Shown one piece after another: positions 32,273-49,299 of a stretch of 64,000 nucleotides of DNA (positions are counted from its first letter, which is position 1; every line of letters starts with the position of its first letter). The notes under the pieces were generated by a model. That model ran no database searches. It was given only the letters and a program-made list of their open reading frames with translations, and was not told where the DNA came from. Made by a program: the position numbers and the translations under genes. Origin of the DNA: the human T2T-CHM13v2.0 reference genome, Homo sapiens. The stretch lies in NCBI RefSeq assembly GCF_009914755.1, contig NC_060946.1. One strand, written 5' to 3'.

Positions 32273-33055
32273 CTGTAATACTTTTATGAATTGGTGTAGT
32301 CCTCTCTTCTCAAGCTCCCCAAATAACTTAAGGTTCCTGGGCCCGTCAGAAATTGACATTCTTTACTTCTTTCCACAAGGACAGCAACTTTCTAAATGAC
32401 CCTTGTAGACAGGACACCAAGCCAGTCATTCTAAGGGGCTTTGTATTGGTGCTATAGAGTCAACCTCAATTCCTTAAAGTGGTCTGGTTGTATCTGCCGT
32501 TCGAGTTAAAGCCTTGATAAAACAAACAGTGTCTCCAATTGAATCCTGTTACCAAAAACAGATTCTTATTGAAATTATGCAAATAATTATATTGCCATAA
32601 TTTAGGAATGCTCACGAATGGCTTCTGAATTCTGGAGAAATCAGTTAGAGAGACAGATAAATGGCTCAAATTTTTGTTCACAATGTAGTTTATCTAATGT
32701 ATGGTAAGTTAAAAATAGCTGAAAAGAAAAAAATTCTTGACTTTGGAAAACAAAACGTAAAGAGAATCAACAATGTTTCCTATGGAAGAGCCATGAATAA
32801 AATCTTTTCCTTCTTTTATAAGTTCAGTCCCATGTAACTAAATCTTGTTCTGCTTGATTTCAAATAGCAATTCTCATTCAGTTTTTTGTGTTTTGCTTGA
32901 TTTCAATTGGAAATTCTCATTCAGCTTTTTAGAGTCCTGGAAGATTTTCCTAGTCCAACAGAATGATCCCCAAAGTTATCTGAGACCATATTTAAGAGAA
33001 CTTGTCAGAGTCCTTTCCATTAAAAGTAATTTAGATGATAGCTGATTGTAAAGGC

Positions 33056-33399
33056 TTTTTTTTTTTTTTGAGACATTGTCTGGCTCTGTCACTCAGGATA
33101 GAGTGCAGTGGCATGATCTTGGCTCACCGCAATCTCTCCCTGGTAAACTCAAGCCATCCTCCTACCTCAGCCTCCAAAGTAGCTGGGACCATAGGCATGC
33201 ATCATCATGCTGGCTAATTTTTGTATTTTTGTAGAGACAGGGTTTTACCATGTTGCCCAGGATGCTTTCAACTTCTGAGTTCAAGCAATTCACCCACCTC
33301 GGCCTTGCAAAGTGCTGGGATTTTTACACGCATGAGCCACCATGCCCTGCACCATGCCCAGCACCGTGCCCTGCACAGCCTCCAGCAGCATGCCTGGCC
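33056..33399 (-). mobile_element. AluJ-like SINE with a 12-bp tandem expansion at its 5' end
   Basis: Reverse Alu; about 5 copies of caccatgccc(t/a)g-like unit at 33338-33397. Confidence 0.85.
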
Positions 33400-33769
33400 T
33401 GTAAAGGGTTTTAGAGAAGAACTTTAAACAATCACCGTGGATGAAAAAAACTTAGAATATCCTTTGGTTAAAATCCAATGGAAGTTCTCAACTGGAGAGA
33501 AAATTTAGTTATTTCTATTATATGTAGCATTTTAAGATAAAAGCCAGAATCATGACTGACGGCAACACATCAGATCCATCAGACTTCCACAAATTTTATA
33601 TAATCTTTAGAATATTTATATTAATAATATATCTATACATATACAACTTTAGAGAATATTTAACATCATCAAAATTATGACTGATACCATATTAGATTTT
33701 TATAATTTATATAACATTTAAAATATTTATATTAATAATATACCTGTAAATGTAACCAAAAGAAGATTT

Positions 33770-37916
<4,147 letters not shown>

Positions 37917-37917
37917 G

Positions 37918-37957
37918 TGTGTCTGTTTGTGTGTGTGTGTGTGTGTGTATGTGTGTG
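37918..37957 (+). repeat. Interrupted (GT)n microsatellite after an Alu tail
   Basis: Read directly. Confidence 0.9.
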
Positions 37958-38674
37958 GCTAGAATGGTCCATAATATATAGCCAGCTCGAGTCCCAGAAA
38001 ACCTAGCAAGCTTAAGGTTAGAGCTTCTCATTTTGGCCTTTTCAAGATTAAATCTCCTTTAGTAAGCCCTTCCCCTCTAGGGAGGTACTTGCCGGAGCTC
38101 TGCCTGAAGTTGGTTTTCTGATGCCCTGTTTTTTCTGTTCTGAATGGTTTATTTCTCATTATAAGAGCTCAGCAAAGCAGGCAGAGTTAAAAAGCAGAGA
38201 CATGAAGGCTTTAAAATCATGGACTTCACTCCTACACTGAATCTCAGGTCCCCAGAAAGACAGAAACACCATGGGACCACAGCAAAGGCAGAAGGAGGAG
38301 TGAGAGAGGGAGGTGGACAGAACAACCAACAGGAGTTGGCTCTCATTTTTTCACGCGTGCCATTTTCTTTAGGTTTTTCTAGTTTATGGAGTCTCTTTGT
38401 TCCAGTTGAGCACACAGATAAACTAGAGATCTCACAAGGCTTTTGCTGAGAACATCAAAGCCTTTAACCTCTGTTGGGCCAAATATTTAGACCAAAAATA
38501 CAGACAGACACACAAAAGCCAGAACCAGACCAGATTGAGTAGCTCAGTGGCTACAGCCTTTATTCCCTTTATTCTTTAGGATACGAACTCAAACAAGATT
38601 CAGGGTTCTAACCCAACCAGGACCCCCCTGGGTTGAAACTGAAACCCCACAGTATAGACAAGGCTGGGGGTCTT

Positions 38675-38974
<300 letters not shown>

Positions 38975-39092
38975 TGCTTGTTCTTTTCATTTCATCCTGA
39001 TCTCCGAATACAGGAGAGTAGCTGATTTGGTGTTCGCTAACAAGCACAGAAGCTTTGTTACATTTACAGTGTCATTCTTGGCAAAACCTGAA
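38975..39092 (-). repeat. Inverted paralog of 531-648 (about 91% identical)
   Basis: Manual alignment: 11 mismatches in 118 bp, no gaps. Confidence 0.93.
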
Positions 39093-39097
39093 GTTTT

Positions 39098-39310
39098 GAC
39101 TCCCGGTTTCATGCCATTCTCCTGCCTCAGCCTCCTGAGTAGCTGGGACTATAGGCGCCCGCCACCTCACCCAGCTAATTTTTTGTATTTTTAGTAGAGA
39201 CGGGGTTTCACCGTGTTAGCCAGGATGGTCTCGATCTCCTGACCTTGTGATCCGCCCACCTCGGCCTCCCAGAGTGCTGGGATTACAGGCGTGAGCCACC
39301 GCGCCCAGCC
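39098..39310 (-). mobile_element. AluY-like, lacking its 3' end and tail
   Basis: Begins mid right arm (ctcccggtttcatgccattctcc) and abuts the HERV-K9 remnant. Confidence 0.88.
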
Positions 39311-42300
39311 AGAAGCTCTAATTTCAATGATGATTGTGCTTTTTATCTCTTCCTCAGCATCTGGCTCATGATAAAATTTCAGGTGTCTTGATGGTATCTA
39401 AATCAGTTGTTGATTCGGTCCTGGAGAAACACAAGCATAACCTCTATGCCAAGTTATAATTTTACCTATTTCCCAACTTTTTGTTATTGGATCTCTCCAC
39501 CAAACCAGTTGTTCTGCTTCTGTCTTTGCAGCTGGTTTCTGTAGATGCTGTTCAGCTGCTGGTAACATCTGGCCTTTGGGCAGGCTCAAAAATTTGAAAG
39601 TTAATAATGCAAGATTCAATTGTGTATGGGCTATCCCGTAATCCCTGTTTCTCCCCCTTTTTTGTTTTTATTATCAGTTGTTCATCTGTATGAAATCTTA
39701 ACTGAGCATTTTCAATTAACTGTGTGGAATGACCCATGTATGAAGAATCAGAAATCACATTACCAGGCATATCAAAAGCAGTCAATACCTCAATTACAGC
39801 TACAAGCTCTGCCTTTTGAGCTAAAGTATAGGGTGTCTGGAAAACTTTACCTTTTGATCCAGAATAAGAAGCTTTACCATTACTAGACCCATCTGTGAAA
39901 CAATGAAAACGCTTAGCAGGCTGCAGGTTGTTTACTGCAGGAATTGTAAATGCAAACGGTTCACAGTCTAGCTCAGCTAAAAGGGTAGTAAAGAAACAGT
40001 CTTTTAAATCTGTGACTATTAAAGGCCAATTTTTTGGAATTATAGTAGGAGAAGGCAATCCTGGCTGTTATGTTTCCATAGGTTGTATAACTGAATTGAT
40101 GGCTCTTAAGTCAGTTAACATTCTCCATTTACCTGATTTTTTCTTAATTATGAAAACTGGAGAATTCCAAGGGGAAAATGTTGGAGCTATGTGCCCATTT
40201 TCTAATTGTTCAGTAACTAATTTCTCTAAAGCATCCAGTTTCTCTTTGCTTAGCAGCCATGATTCTATCCAAATTGGCTTATCTGTTAACCATTTTAAAG
40301 GTATAGGTTCTGGAGGCTTAACTATGGCCACCATCAAAAATGGTATCCTAATCTTTGGCAGGAACTTTGTCTTTCCGTTTGAAGCAGTTCTTTCAAACCT
40401 TGCAATTTTTTTTCTACTCCTATACCAGGGACATGCCCCATTTCGTGCATCATATGTTGATTTTGAGGGCTGTGTAATTGTTATGGAATTAGAACTTGTG
40501 CTCCCCATTGTCATAATAAATCTCTCCCCCGTTAATTTATAGGTACAGAAGTTGCAATTGGTTGAACAGTCCCAGGTTGTCCATCGGGCCCTTCACAATG
40601 CAAAGTATAGCTACTTTGATACACTTCTAAAGCTTTAGCAGTTTCCACTGTGTTAAATTGAGTAGGCTGAATTGGCCACATGGACGGCCAGTGCTATAGA
40701 GAAAAAATTGAAATGTCCACTCCTACAAAAAAAAAATAGTATCTACCAAACCTTTAAAGTTCTTTCCCTGGATAGTTATTTCACAGATAGGATGTTTATC
40801 AGTAATTTGATTTACCCAATAAGCTGCCTTGCCTTTTTTATTTGTGCTTCCAAATCCTCCAGTTCATTTAATTTCACTTTTTCCCATTCCCACATACGGC
40901 TCACTCAGGAGCTGTGCTATGCGCACTCCTGGCTGTGCTTTCCAGGGAACAGAACTAAATATCACAATTTGAATTTCCTCATTGTAATCTGAATCAATGA
41001 CTCCAGTGTATATTTGTACCCCTTTTAAACTTAAACTAGACCTTCCTAAAAGTAATCCCATTGTCCCTGCTGGCAACGGTCCACAGACTCCTGTTGGGAC
41101 CTTTTGCGGGGGTTCCCCAGGCAGAAGGCTCACAGCTATTGTGCAGCAAAAATCTACTGCAGCACTATGGGCTGTGGTGGGAGACAGATAACGTATGGGG
41201 GTGAGGGAATGGCCTGAGCTGGAAATGCCCTGGTTTAGAACAGGGCCTGGGATGGGCCCCTCAGGGAGTTTCCCAAAATCGGGTTCAAATCTTTATCAAA
41301 CTTAGAGTGACACTGATTAGCCCAAAATTTCCTTTTTTACATTTTGGACATATTTCAGGATCAGCAGTTTTCTTTTTCCCCTATCTGGTGGCCTGACTCG
41401 GTGATTTTTTTTTACATTATTTTTAGTATGACCACGCTTCCCACAGTTAAAACAAGCTCCAGGAAATAGAGTATTTCCTTTATCCACTCTCAGTCCTGCC
41501 ATCGCCTGTGCCAACAAAGTAGCTTTATGTAGATTATCTCTGATATCATCACAGTCCTTGTTATAATCAACTAAATGTGCTTTCCCTCTGATAGGTCGCA
41601 GAGCAGCCTGGCAATAAGGATTAGCATTGTCAAAACCAATAACTGCAACACTATATCCTAAGCAGCCAAATCTGCAATCATCTTTTTAAGAGACTCCTGT
41701 AACCAAGCTATAAAATCCACATATGGTTCTCTTGGTCCCTGTTTTATAGCACTAAAGGAAGGGTATTGTTCTCCACATGAAGTGATTTTTTCCAAGCTCT
41801 AATGCACACTCCTCTAAGCTGTTCTATGGCATCATCCTGCATGACCACTAGTGCATGTAAACCAGCCCAGCCACCAACCCCCAAAAGTTGGTCTGCAGTT
41901 ATATTAATCTGAGGTTGGGCCCAGGAATTGCGAGCAGCCTGAATGGAAGCTTCATCTGCCTACTAAGTTTTAAACTGTAAGAACTGAGCAGGAGTTAGAC
42001 AAGCTCGAGTAAGAGTGTCCCAGTCAGTAGGAATCGTCCGACTGGAAACAGCAACATTCTTTAACAGTCCCATTTCAAAAGGAGAACCTGGTCCAAACTG
42101 ATTTATAGCTTGTTTAAATTTTTTGAGTAATTTAAAAGGAAAAGGCTCAAATGTAGCTATAATATTTCCCTGTTGATCTGGGGAGTGTATTCAAACAGGG
42201 AACTGCCAAGCCTCTAAATCCCACTTTTGTCTAGCTTGCTGTATTCCTGCCTGAATAGAACTAAGAGCAGTCGCTCAAGGCGCTGCTCGAAGAGTCACCA

Positions 42301-42698
42301 GGGAAACTACTTTTCACCCAGTGTCCTCCAGAGAAGAAAGATCTGGAGGGTCGTTTTCTTCAAAATAATAATGACGGTGTGCAGAAGGGTAGGGATGAAC
42401 CTCTCCCTCCTTTTATGCTTTAGCTTTAGGTGACAAATAAACCTGGTCTGTAACCTCTACTGTTACTTTGTTATACTCTCCTTTCTCCTCATCATCAGTG
42501 TGAAAAAGTTCCAAGGTAGAACGAACCACAGCCCACACTTGTCCTATTGCTACCCTGATGCTTCAGAGCTCCCCTTCTAACTCACCACGGGGATTGCTTT
42601 AAGAGTACTCGGGTGTCCTCCAGCTAGTTCCACATTCTCCAATCGTTGCTCCAGTGATCCTTTGACCTGTATTCGAGTCCCCATGTATGGGCACCACT
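39311..42698 (-). mobile_element. HERV-K9 (HML-3) internal gag-pro-pol remnant; env and 3' LTR missing
   Basis: Gag Zn knuckle CFNCGKRGH; dUTPase GRSSL and GVIDSDY; [25 protein letters not shown]; RNase H FTDGS; IN C-terminus WWRDPITKSW. Confidence 0.9.
42679..42696 (-). other. Degenerate tRNA-Lys PBS
   Basis: Minus strand TGGTGCCCATACATGGGG, 2 nt after the LTR end. Confidence 0.7.
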
Positions 42699-43149
42699 TG
42701 CTGAGACCAGGTCTGTTGGAGAAACCCTAACCCAGCAGCACTAGAGGAATTAAAGACACACACACAGAAATATAGAGGTGTGAAGTGGGAAATCGGGGTG
42801 GGGGGTCTTACAGCCTTCAGAGCAGAGCCCTGAACAGAGATTTACCCACGTATTTATTAACAGCAAGCCAGTCATTAGCATTGTTTCTATAGATATTAGA
42901 TTAACTAAAAGTATCCCTTAATCTTAAGGCACAGATCATTCATACTATTTTTTGTGGCTTAAGAATGCCTTTAAGTGGTTTTCCACCCTGGACGGGCCAG
43001 GTATTCCTTGTCCTCATTCCAGTAAACCCACAACCTTCCAGCGTGGGTGTTATGGCCATCATGAACATGTCACAGTGCTGCAGAGATTTTGTTTATGGCC
43101 AGTTTTGGGGCCAGTTTATGGCCGGATTTGGGGAGGATTGTTCCCAACA
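42699..43149 (-). mobile_element. MER9 LTR (5' LTR of HERV-K9)
   Basis: Minus strand TGTTGGGAACAA...GGCCATAAACTGGCCCCAAAACTGGCCATAAAC...CTGGTCTCAGCA; apparent small internal deletion near 42920. Confidence 0.88.
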
Positions 43150-44925
43150 GTTCTTCTGGGTAAGGGTGCACTAACTCCTGTGGGGACCATCTTTGGTGGC
43201 TCCCCAGGAAGTAAGGAGATGGGAATTGTGCTGTAGAGGTCTACAGCAGCACTGCTTGCTGAGGCGGGGGACAATTGCTATACATTTGTAAGGGCAGTGG
43301 CTGTGCTGGGTTTGCCTCAGTTTGTTGAGAGGCTTGAGGCGGGTCCCCCTTCCTATTTCCTGAAAGAGGTTGTCCATCTTTGCTAAATTTAGAATGACAC
43401 GGACTTGCCTAGTGATTGTCTTTCTTACACCAGGGACGTACATTGGGACTTTTCTGTTGATTGATGGTAGTAGTTTTCGTCTTTTGAATTCCTTTCTACA
43501 TTCCTTTCTTGTGTCCAATTTGCCCACAATTAAGGAAAGAGCCTGAGAAATGAAGCATATTTTTTCCTTACTCTTAATCTAGCCACAGCCTGAGCTAAAA
43601 GAATAACCTTATGTAAGTTATCTCCAATGCCATCGCAAGCCTTAATATATTTAGTTAAATGGGCCCTCTCTGGGATCTAATAGCAGTTTGACACTGTGTA
43701 TTAGCATTATTGTATGCAAGAAGCTGTATTACAACATCCTGAGCTGTTTTGATCATTTACAGCTTTATACACAGCCTCTTGGAGCTGAGCAATAAAATTA
43801 ACATATGGTTCTTTAGGTCCTTGTCAGACAGAACTGAAATAAGGATACTTTTCCCCTGTAACATTTATCCTTTTCTATGCATGTAAGCACATGAAGCACA
43901 GCTGAACAATGGCAACATCTTCCATTAGTGCTTGATTCTCTAATCAACCCCAGTTAGGGCCAACTCATATTAACTGATCAAAGAAAACAGGCACAGGTGG
44001 CTGCACTTGTGTGTTTTCTTTTGCCTGAGTTTGAGCTTCATCAGCCTACCAAGTTTTAAACTGCAAGTACTGAGATGGAGTGAGAACAGGTTTTGTCAAA
44101 GTATCCTAATTATATGGTAGTAATCTATTATCAAGAGCCATATTTTTAAATAAAGTTTGCACAAAAAGAGAGTTCAGTCCATATTGACTAATGGCTTGCT
44201 TAAATTCTTTAGTAACTTAAAAGAGAAAGCAGCCTAATTAGCTATATTCTGTCCTACTTGCTGGATTATAGTAACGGGAAATTGCCATGCTTCAAGGTCT
44301 CCCTTGGCTTTAGCTTTTTGAATAGAATTTTGTCTAGCACCACCAATTGCTCCAGATTTTAATGTTGTAACTACAGGAGCAGTAAGTTTTTCAGCCAATT
44401 TATTTTCTCACCCATTTAGAGGAGAGAGAGGAGGTGGCCATTCACTTAATTCGGCAGGTGGAGCCAACGGGCTAGTAAAACATACTTTTTAAAGTTTTTC
44501 TTTCTTTTCTTTAATCTCCTCTGGTAGCTGCTCCCCACACTCAGAATTTGAAGTTAGTTTTTTACACTCATCCTCCTCTTCCTCATCTGAGTCTGCCTCA
44601 TCATCTGTTTGAAATGGCTCAAGGGCTGCCTTTATTAGTGCCCACACTGACCATACAGAACCTGGAATTTCTGCTCCATCTTTATATGCCTTTTAAAAAA
44701 TCTCTTCCAATTCTCTCCCATTCATCCAACTTCATAGTCCTTTGTTCTGGAAACCATGGGCAAAACTGCTTTACTGTACTAAAGAGTGATAACAAATTCT
44801 AAGTACTAAATTTCATTCCCCATCTTTGTATGTCCTCGGGTGTCTTTTGATGTTGTGTCCTCTGCTTTCACATGCTCCAGCCTTACTTCACCGGGTCTTT
44901 GTCACCCCATGTTGGGCGCCAGGAA
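43150..44925 (-). mobile_element. HERV-K14 (HML-1)-like leader, gag and start of pro (dUTPase), degenerate
   Basis: PBS TGGCGCCCAACATGGGG at about 44905-44921; MA-like PWFPEQ...WERIG; dUTPase start SAAVDL...SLLPGEPPK-VPTGV cut at 43150. Confidence 0.8.
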
Positions 44926-45208
44926 TGTTGGGTTGATCAGACCCAACACTAGGTCATGGGGGTGATGAAGTCCGGCAGAGTCAAAGGAATGAGAAAAAGA
45001 CAGTTTGAGAGAGAAAGTGGGACCAGGAGACCATCACGAGTGTGGAGTCTGCAAAGTCCCCAAGCTCTGGGAGCCTACGCTATTTGTTGGTGCTCAAACA
45101 AACAGGTGGTGAGGATTTAAGGGTTGAAAAGAAACGGTGTATCAAGTGAATGAGAAACATATGGTCCTGCCTCAGCTTCTCTTCCAACACTCAGCTTTTC
45201 TCCCAACA
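44926..45208 (-). mobile_element. LTR14A-like LTR (5' LTR of HERV-K14)
   Basis: Minus strand TGTTGGGAGAAAAGCTGAGTGTTGG...GGGTCTGATCAACCCAACA. Confidence 0.82.
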
Positions 45209-45990
45209 CATTCCCCTTATGAACAGGAATAAAATAGGGATGCCTGTTCTCACCACTCCTGTTTAACAAGTCCTAGCCAGAGCAATCAGGCATGAGAAAG
45301 CGATAAAAGGCATCCAAATAGGAAATGAAGACAAATTATCTCTCTTCACTGATGATATGATTCTACACCTAGAAATCCATAAAGACTGTGCCAAAAGGCT
45401 CCTAGAACTGATAAAAAAAATCTTCAGCAAACTTTCAGGATTAAAAAAATCAACATATAGAAAGAAGTAGCATTTCTGTACACCAAAAATGTTTAAACTG
45501 AGAGGTAAATCAAGAGTGCAATCCTGTTTACAACAGCAACCCCCAAAATAAAATAAAATAAAAGAAGAATATGTCTAAGCAAGGAGGTAAAGGATATCTA
45601 AAAGGAGAACTACAAAACACTGCAGAAAGAAATCATAGATCACAAAGCAAATGGAAAACTATTCCATGCTCATGGATTAGAATGATCAATATTGTTAAAA
45701 TGGCTATACTGCCAAAAGCAATCTATACATTCAACATTATTCCTATGAAACAACCAATGTCGTTTTTCACAGAATTAGAAAAAAAAATATTCTAAATTTC
45801 ATATGGATTTTTAAAGAGCCCAGACAACCAAAGGAAACCTAAGCAAGAAGAACAAAGCTGGAGACATCACATTACTTGACTTCATACTATACCCTAAGGC
45901 CACAATAGACAAAATAGCATGGTAGCGATATGAAAACAGATACAAAGACCAATGAAACACAATAGAGAACCCCAAAATAAACATGCACCT
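45209..45990 (+). mobile_element. Old L1 ORF2 fragment (host of HERV-K14)
   Basis: [25 protein letters not shown] peptide. Confidence 0.85.
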
Positions 45991-45994
45991 ACAG

Positions 45995-46319
45995 CCATCA
46001 GCTTTCCCAGGATAACACAAAGAGAGCCAAGTGGCACCTGCACATTACACTGTGGAAGAAAAACCCAAGCTCAAGAAACCCCAACTTGTATTATGGGAAG
46101 TTCACTTGGCTGTACCCTTCCCAAGAGGGAGAAATTATCTGCATTATACTAGACAGTAAATAAACTTTTCCTTTGTTCCAGAAGGAGGTACTGGCTTTCT
46201 ATTCCAAGGCTGTTTTCTATACAAACATTCTTGAAAACAATCATTTGGAACAAGAAAGTCAGCGTCCAAACTTGCAAAATTGCGGAAATTAAAGAGACCC
46301 AAAAACTGTTTCTCTACCA
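45995..46319 (-). mobile_element. Ancient LTR fragment (MER76-like)
   Basis: Minus strand ttttcaagaatgtttgtatagaaaacagccttggaa resembles a recalled consensus. Confidence 0.35.
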
Positions 46320-46604
46320 ATTTCTATTTTTTAAAAATCACATTTTCCCCATATAATATGCCTTTAATATGTGATCATATTCTGAAATTGTCTTAGCATT
46401 TACCCCCATTTCTGAGTCCAGAAGGATACAATAAATTTAATTTAATTTAGTAACACTTCAAATAGTAGTGATTGTAATAGCAGAGCTAGTTTGTAGCATA
46501 AAGAAAAAATAATAATATTATTAGGTGACACAAATAATGCTAACCACCTTTCTAAGTGTCATGGTAAGTACAGTGATTATTTCCTTTTTTTCTGACTCTT
46601 TTTT

Positions 46605-46768
46605 ATTGTATTTTTTATTTTTTTTCCCATAGGTTATTGGGGTATGGTGGTATGTGGTTCCATGAATAACTTCTTTACTGGTTATTTGTGAGATTTGGGT
46701 GCACCCATCACCCGAACAGTGTACACTGCACCTTATTTGTTAGCTTTTATCCCTCGCCCCCCTCCCTA
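46605..46768 (-). mobile_element. L1PB-type 3' end fragment
   Basis: T-rich tail, then gagatttgggtgcacccatcacccgaacagtgtacactgcacc. Confidence 0.7.
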
Positions 46769-47488
46769 TTAAATAATAGACAAAAAATAATGGGTTTAGA
46801 ATAAATGAGTTCAAATGAATTGTCAAATGTATGTGGGAAAAGTGGAATCAGTTTGTGAGAAAAAGCAAAAAACTCAACAGAAATTCTGATAAAGCATCAT
46901 CCCTACATGGCTAGAGCTGCCAGGACACTAGAACACCAAAATCAGCTAGGGAAATTTTGTAGAAGTCCCAGATGTACTAAATGTTCTGTGAATACAGAGA
47001 GATATAATTATAACTGTTACCTGCATGTAGAGTAAAGATGAGAAGGCATTGGTCATGGTGGCAGCTACCTCAGGAGTTACAAAGCAGACGTGGCTACACG
47101 ACAGTGTATGTCAGGGCAAAGCTGTCCTAGGAGGCTATTAGGAGCTGGTTACGGCACAGACATTGTAAGTCAGATGGTCTCATTACTTTCAATGACAAAA
47201 CCAAAATTACTTTTGTATCAGCCTAATACAACGGCCTGGCCAGAGCAGAGAAAAAGTCCCTGTGGCTGTTAGGTGGGGACCTCTGATGCAGCACAATTCC
47301 TTCATCCCCTTCTCCAAAACCCCCTCTTCCATTCCACTGAAGAGAGAATCTGATGGAAGTCCTGTGTAAGCAGGCTCAGATATATCTACCACTATAGACA
47401 GTAGAGGTGATTCACAAATCCAAGCCTATCAAATACATCATAAATAAGTTACACGTTTAATTTTTTTTTGAAATTAGGGATCATGATA

Positions 47489-47985
47489 TGAAAGTTATCA
47501 GAATCAAAACTGTCAATAATGTTTAAAAAGAGAAGAAGAAACCTGAACAAATAGATTCAGAGAAGGCCTTGAAGAGAGGGTTCTCATGCTTCTAGGCCTG
47601 ATAAAAACTATCACAAAATACCACAAAACCACAACCCTGCACAAAGGCCATAGCAACCTTACACAAAATACACTTCTGTGAGGACATCTATCCAGCAACC
47701 GCCTGCCCAAACTTCAACTGATATTGACCTTGTTGTTGATCTTTATAGTCAAAGGTAACTATATCAAAACTATTATAGAAGCCCCTTCATTTTTCCCTTA
47801 TTTATTTTTTTCTACTCCCCCGTACTTCCAGGTTGATCATTTTTCTTTTAAAGACCTTGTCTTCCTTTACCATTTGAATCTATATAGTTTGCTTTGTCAT
47901 GCATATTCCCATTACAGTGCCCTCCTCCCTAAGATGTGTCTTTTTCCTTTAGAGAGCCTTTCTCTGTTTGTTATTTAGGTTTACA
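47489..47985 (+). mobile_element. MER34-family LTR
   Basis: tgaaagttatcagaatcaaaa...aaccacaaccctgcacaaaggcc...ttatttaggtttaca. Confidence 0.65.
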
Positions 47986-49299
47986 ATGAGAAGGCACGTA
48001 AAGTATTTTTACTGTCTTCCTAGGAAAAAATCACTGACTTACAGTATTTATATTTATTTATTTACATTCCTGGGGATGAGGAATTAAAGATTTCACAAAT
48101 TTTCTTATTGAGAAGATCCAAGTTTTCATGTAAGCAAAACTGAATATGTAAATTGATATGTAAATTATGCTGCAGATAATATGGTCAAATGTTTACTTGT
48201 ATATAATTTGTTACACATGAATATTGCATATGTAAGATAATATACTAAGAAATTATCACATTTAATGAAATGCTTTAATCAAATTCCTGATTGAATTTTT
48301 GATATCAATATCTTTTTCATTGTTTAATCCATCTTTAGGGTGAACAGGGCTTTATAGGCCAAAGTTATGACTTCTATCTAAATTGTCTGAGTTACAGAAC
48401 TTTTTGAATTTATTATGTTGTCACAGGAAGTTTCTTATTGCTTGTTTAAAGGAGTGTCTCTCAATATGATGCAGAATGCAAAAGCACTGAAGGGCATATA
48501 TCCTGAGTTTCTATTACTGAAGCCAAAGGTTGCCAATTTCTTGTAGATCCTGCTAGAGTTAAACTTCATTTAAGTAATCATTAAAAGCTGAATTTATTCC
48601 CTCACTTGAAATTTTGATTTCACACTATTAGGACTAATCCTCTAAGTCTTTGCTAAGTTATGTTCCTCTTTTTCTTGTAGCTTGACTTTGATGATCTCTA
48701 TATGCAACTTCAATTGACATAAATTAAAGTACATTCAGGGCAAGAGAGTTTCTTTAAATATTACTTTGTTATTCAAAATAATCACAAAAGCACTCATCGT
48801 AGGAAAACTTGTGAGGACTCAAATATAGGGAAATACTTTTTCTTTCTAAGGCACAATTCTCTAAAGAAGTTCACTTTAATTTGAATATACATGGGAAAAT
48901 ATCCTTGTTCACTAATAGTCTATATTCACTCTGTTTTCTTCCCTCATAGACCAGCCGGTTCACTATTATTCTCCAAATGATGTGTGCTTCTCTAGAGTCC
49001 AGGCTATCTGCATATCTAATTTTTCCCACAAATTACTGTTTTGAATTGCACTGAATTCAATTCAAGGGGATGTCATTTATAAACAGTGCAAATATATACT
49101 GCACGAGGGATCTTAGAAATCATACACATGGTTTGATCCATAAGCTCATATGAGCGTGCAATGTCAACTTTTTTCATGTTTTTATAAATCCACTTAAATT
49201 CTATTTTAAGCCATCATCTGCCTGTGCTGTTAGGGCAGTTAGCCTTCAATCATTTTAAGATGCTCCCCTCTAAGTACTGTGATAGTGATAGAGATATCA

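Noticed and set aside
39928-40542. 204-aa plus-strand ORF
   Set aside because: Antisense shadow of the HERV-K9 pro/pol frame.
42679-44921. tRNA genes
   Set aside because: Only ~18-nt retroviral primer-binding sites are present (also at 1833-1850); there is no cloverleaf.
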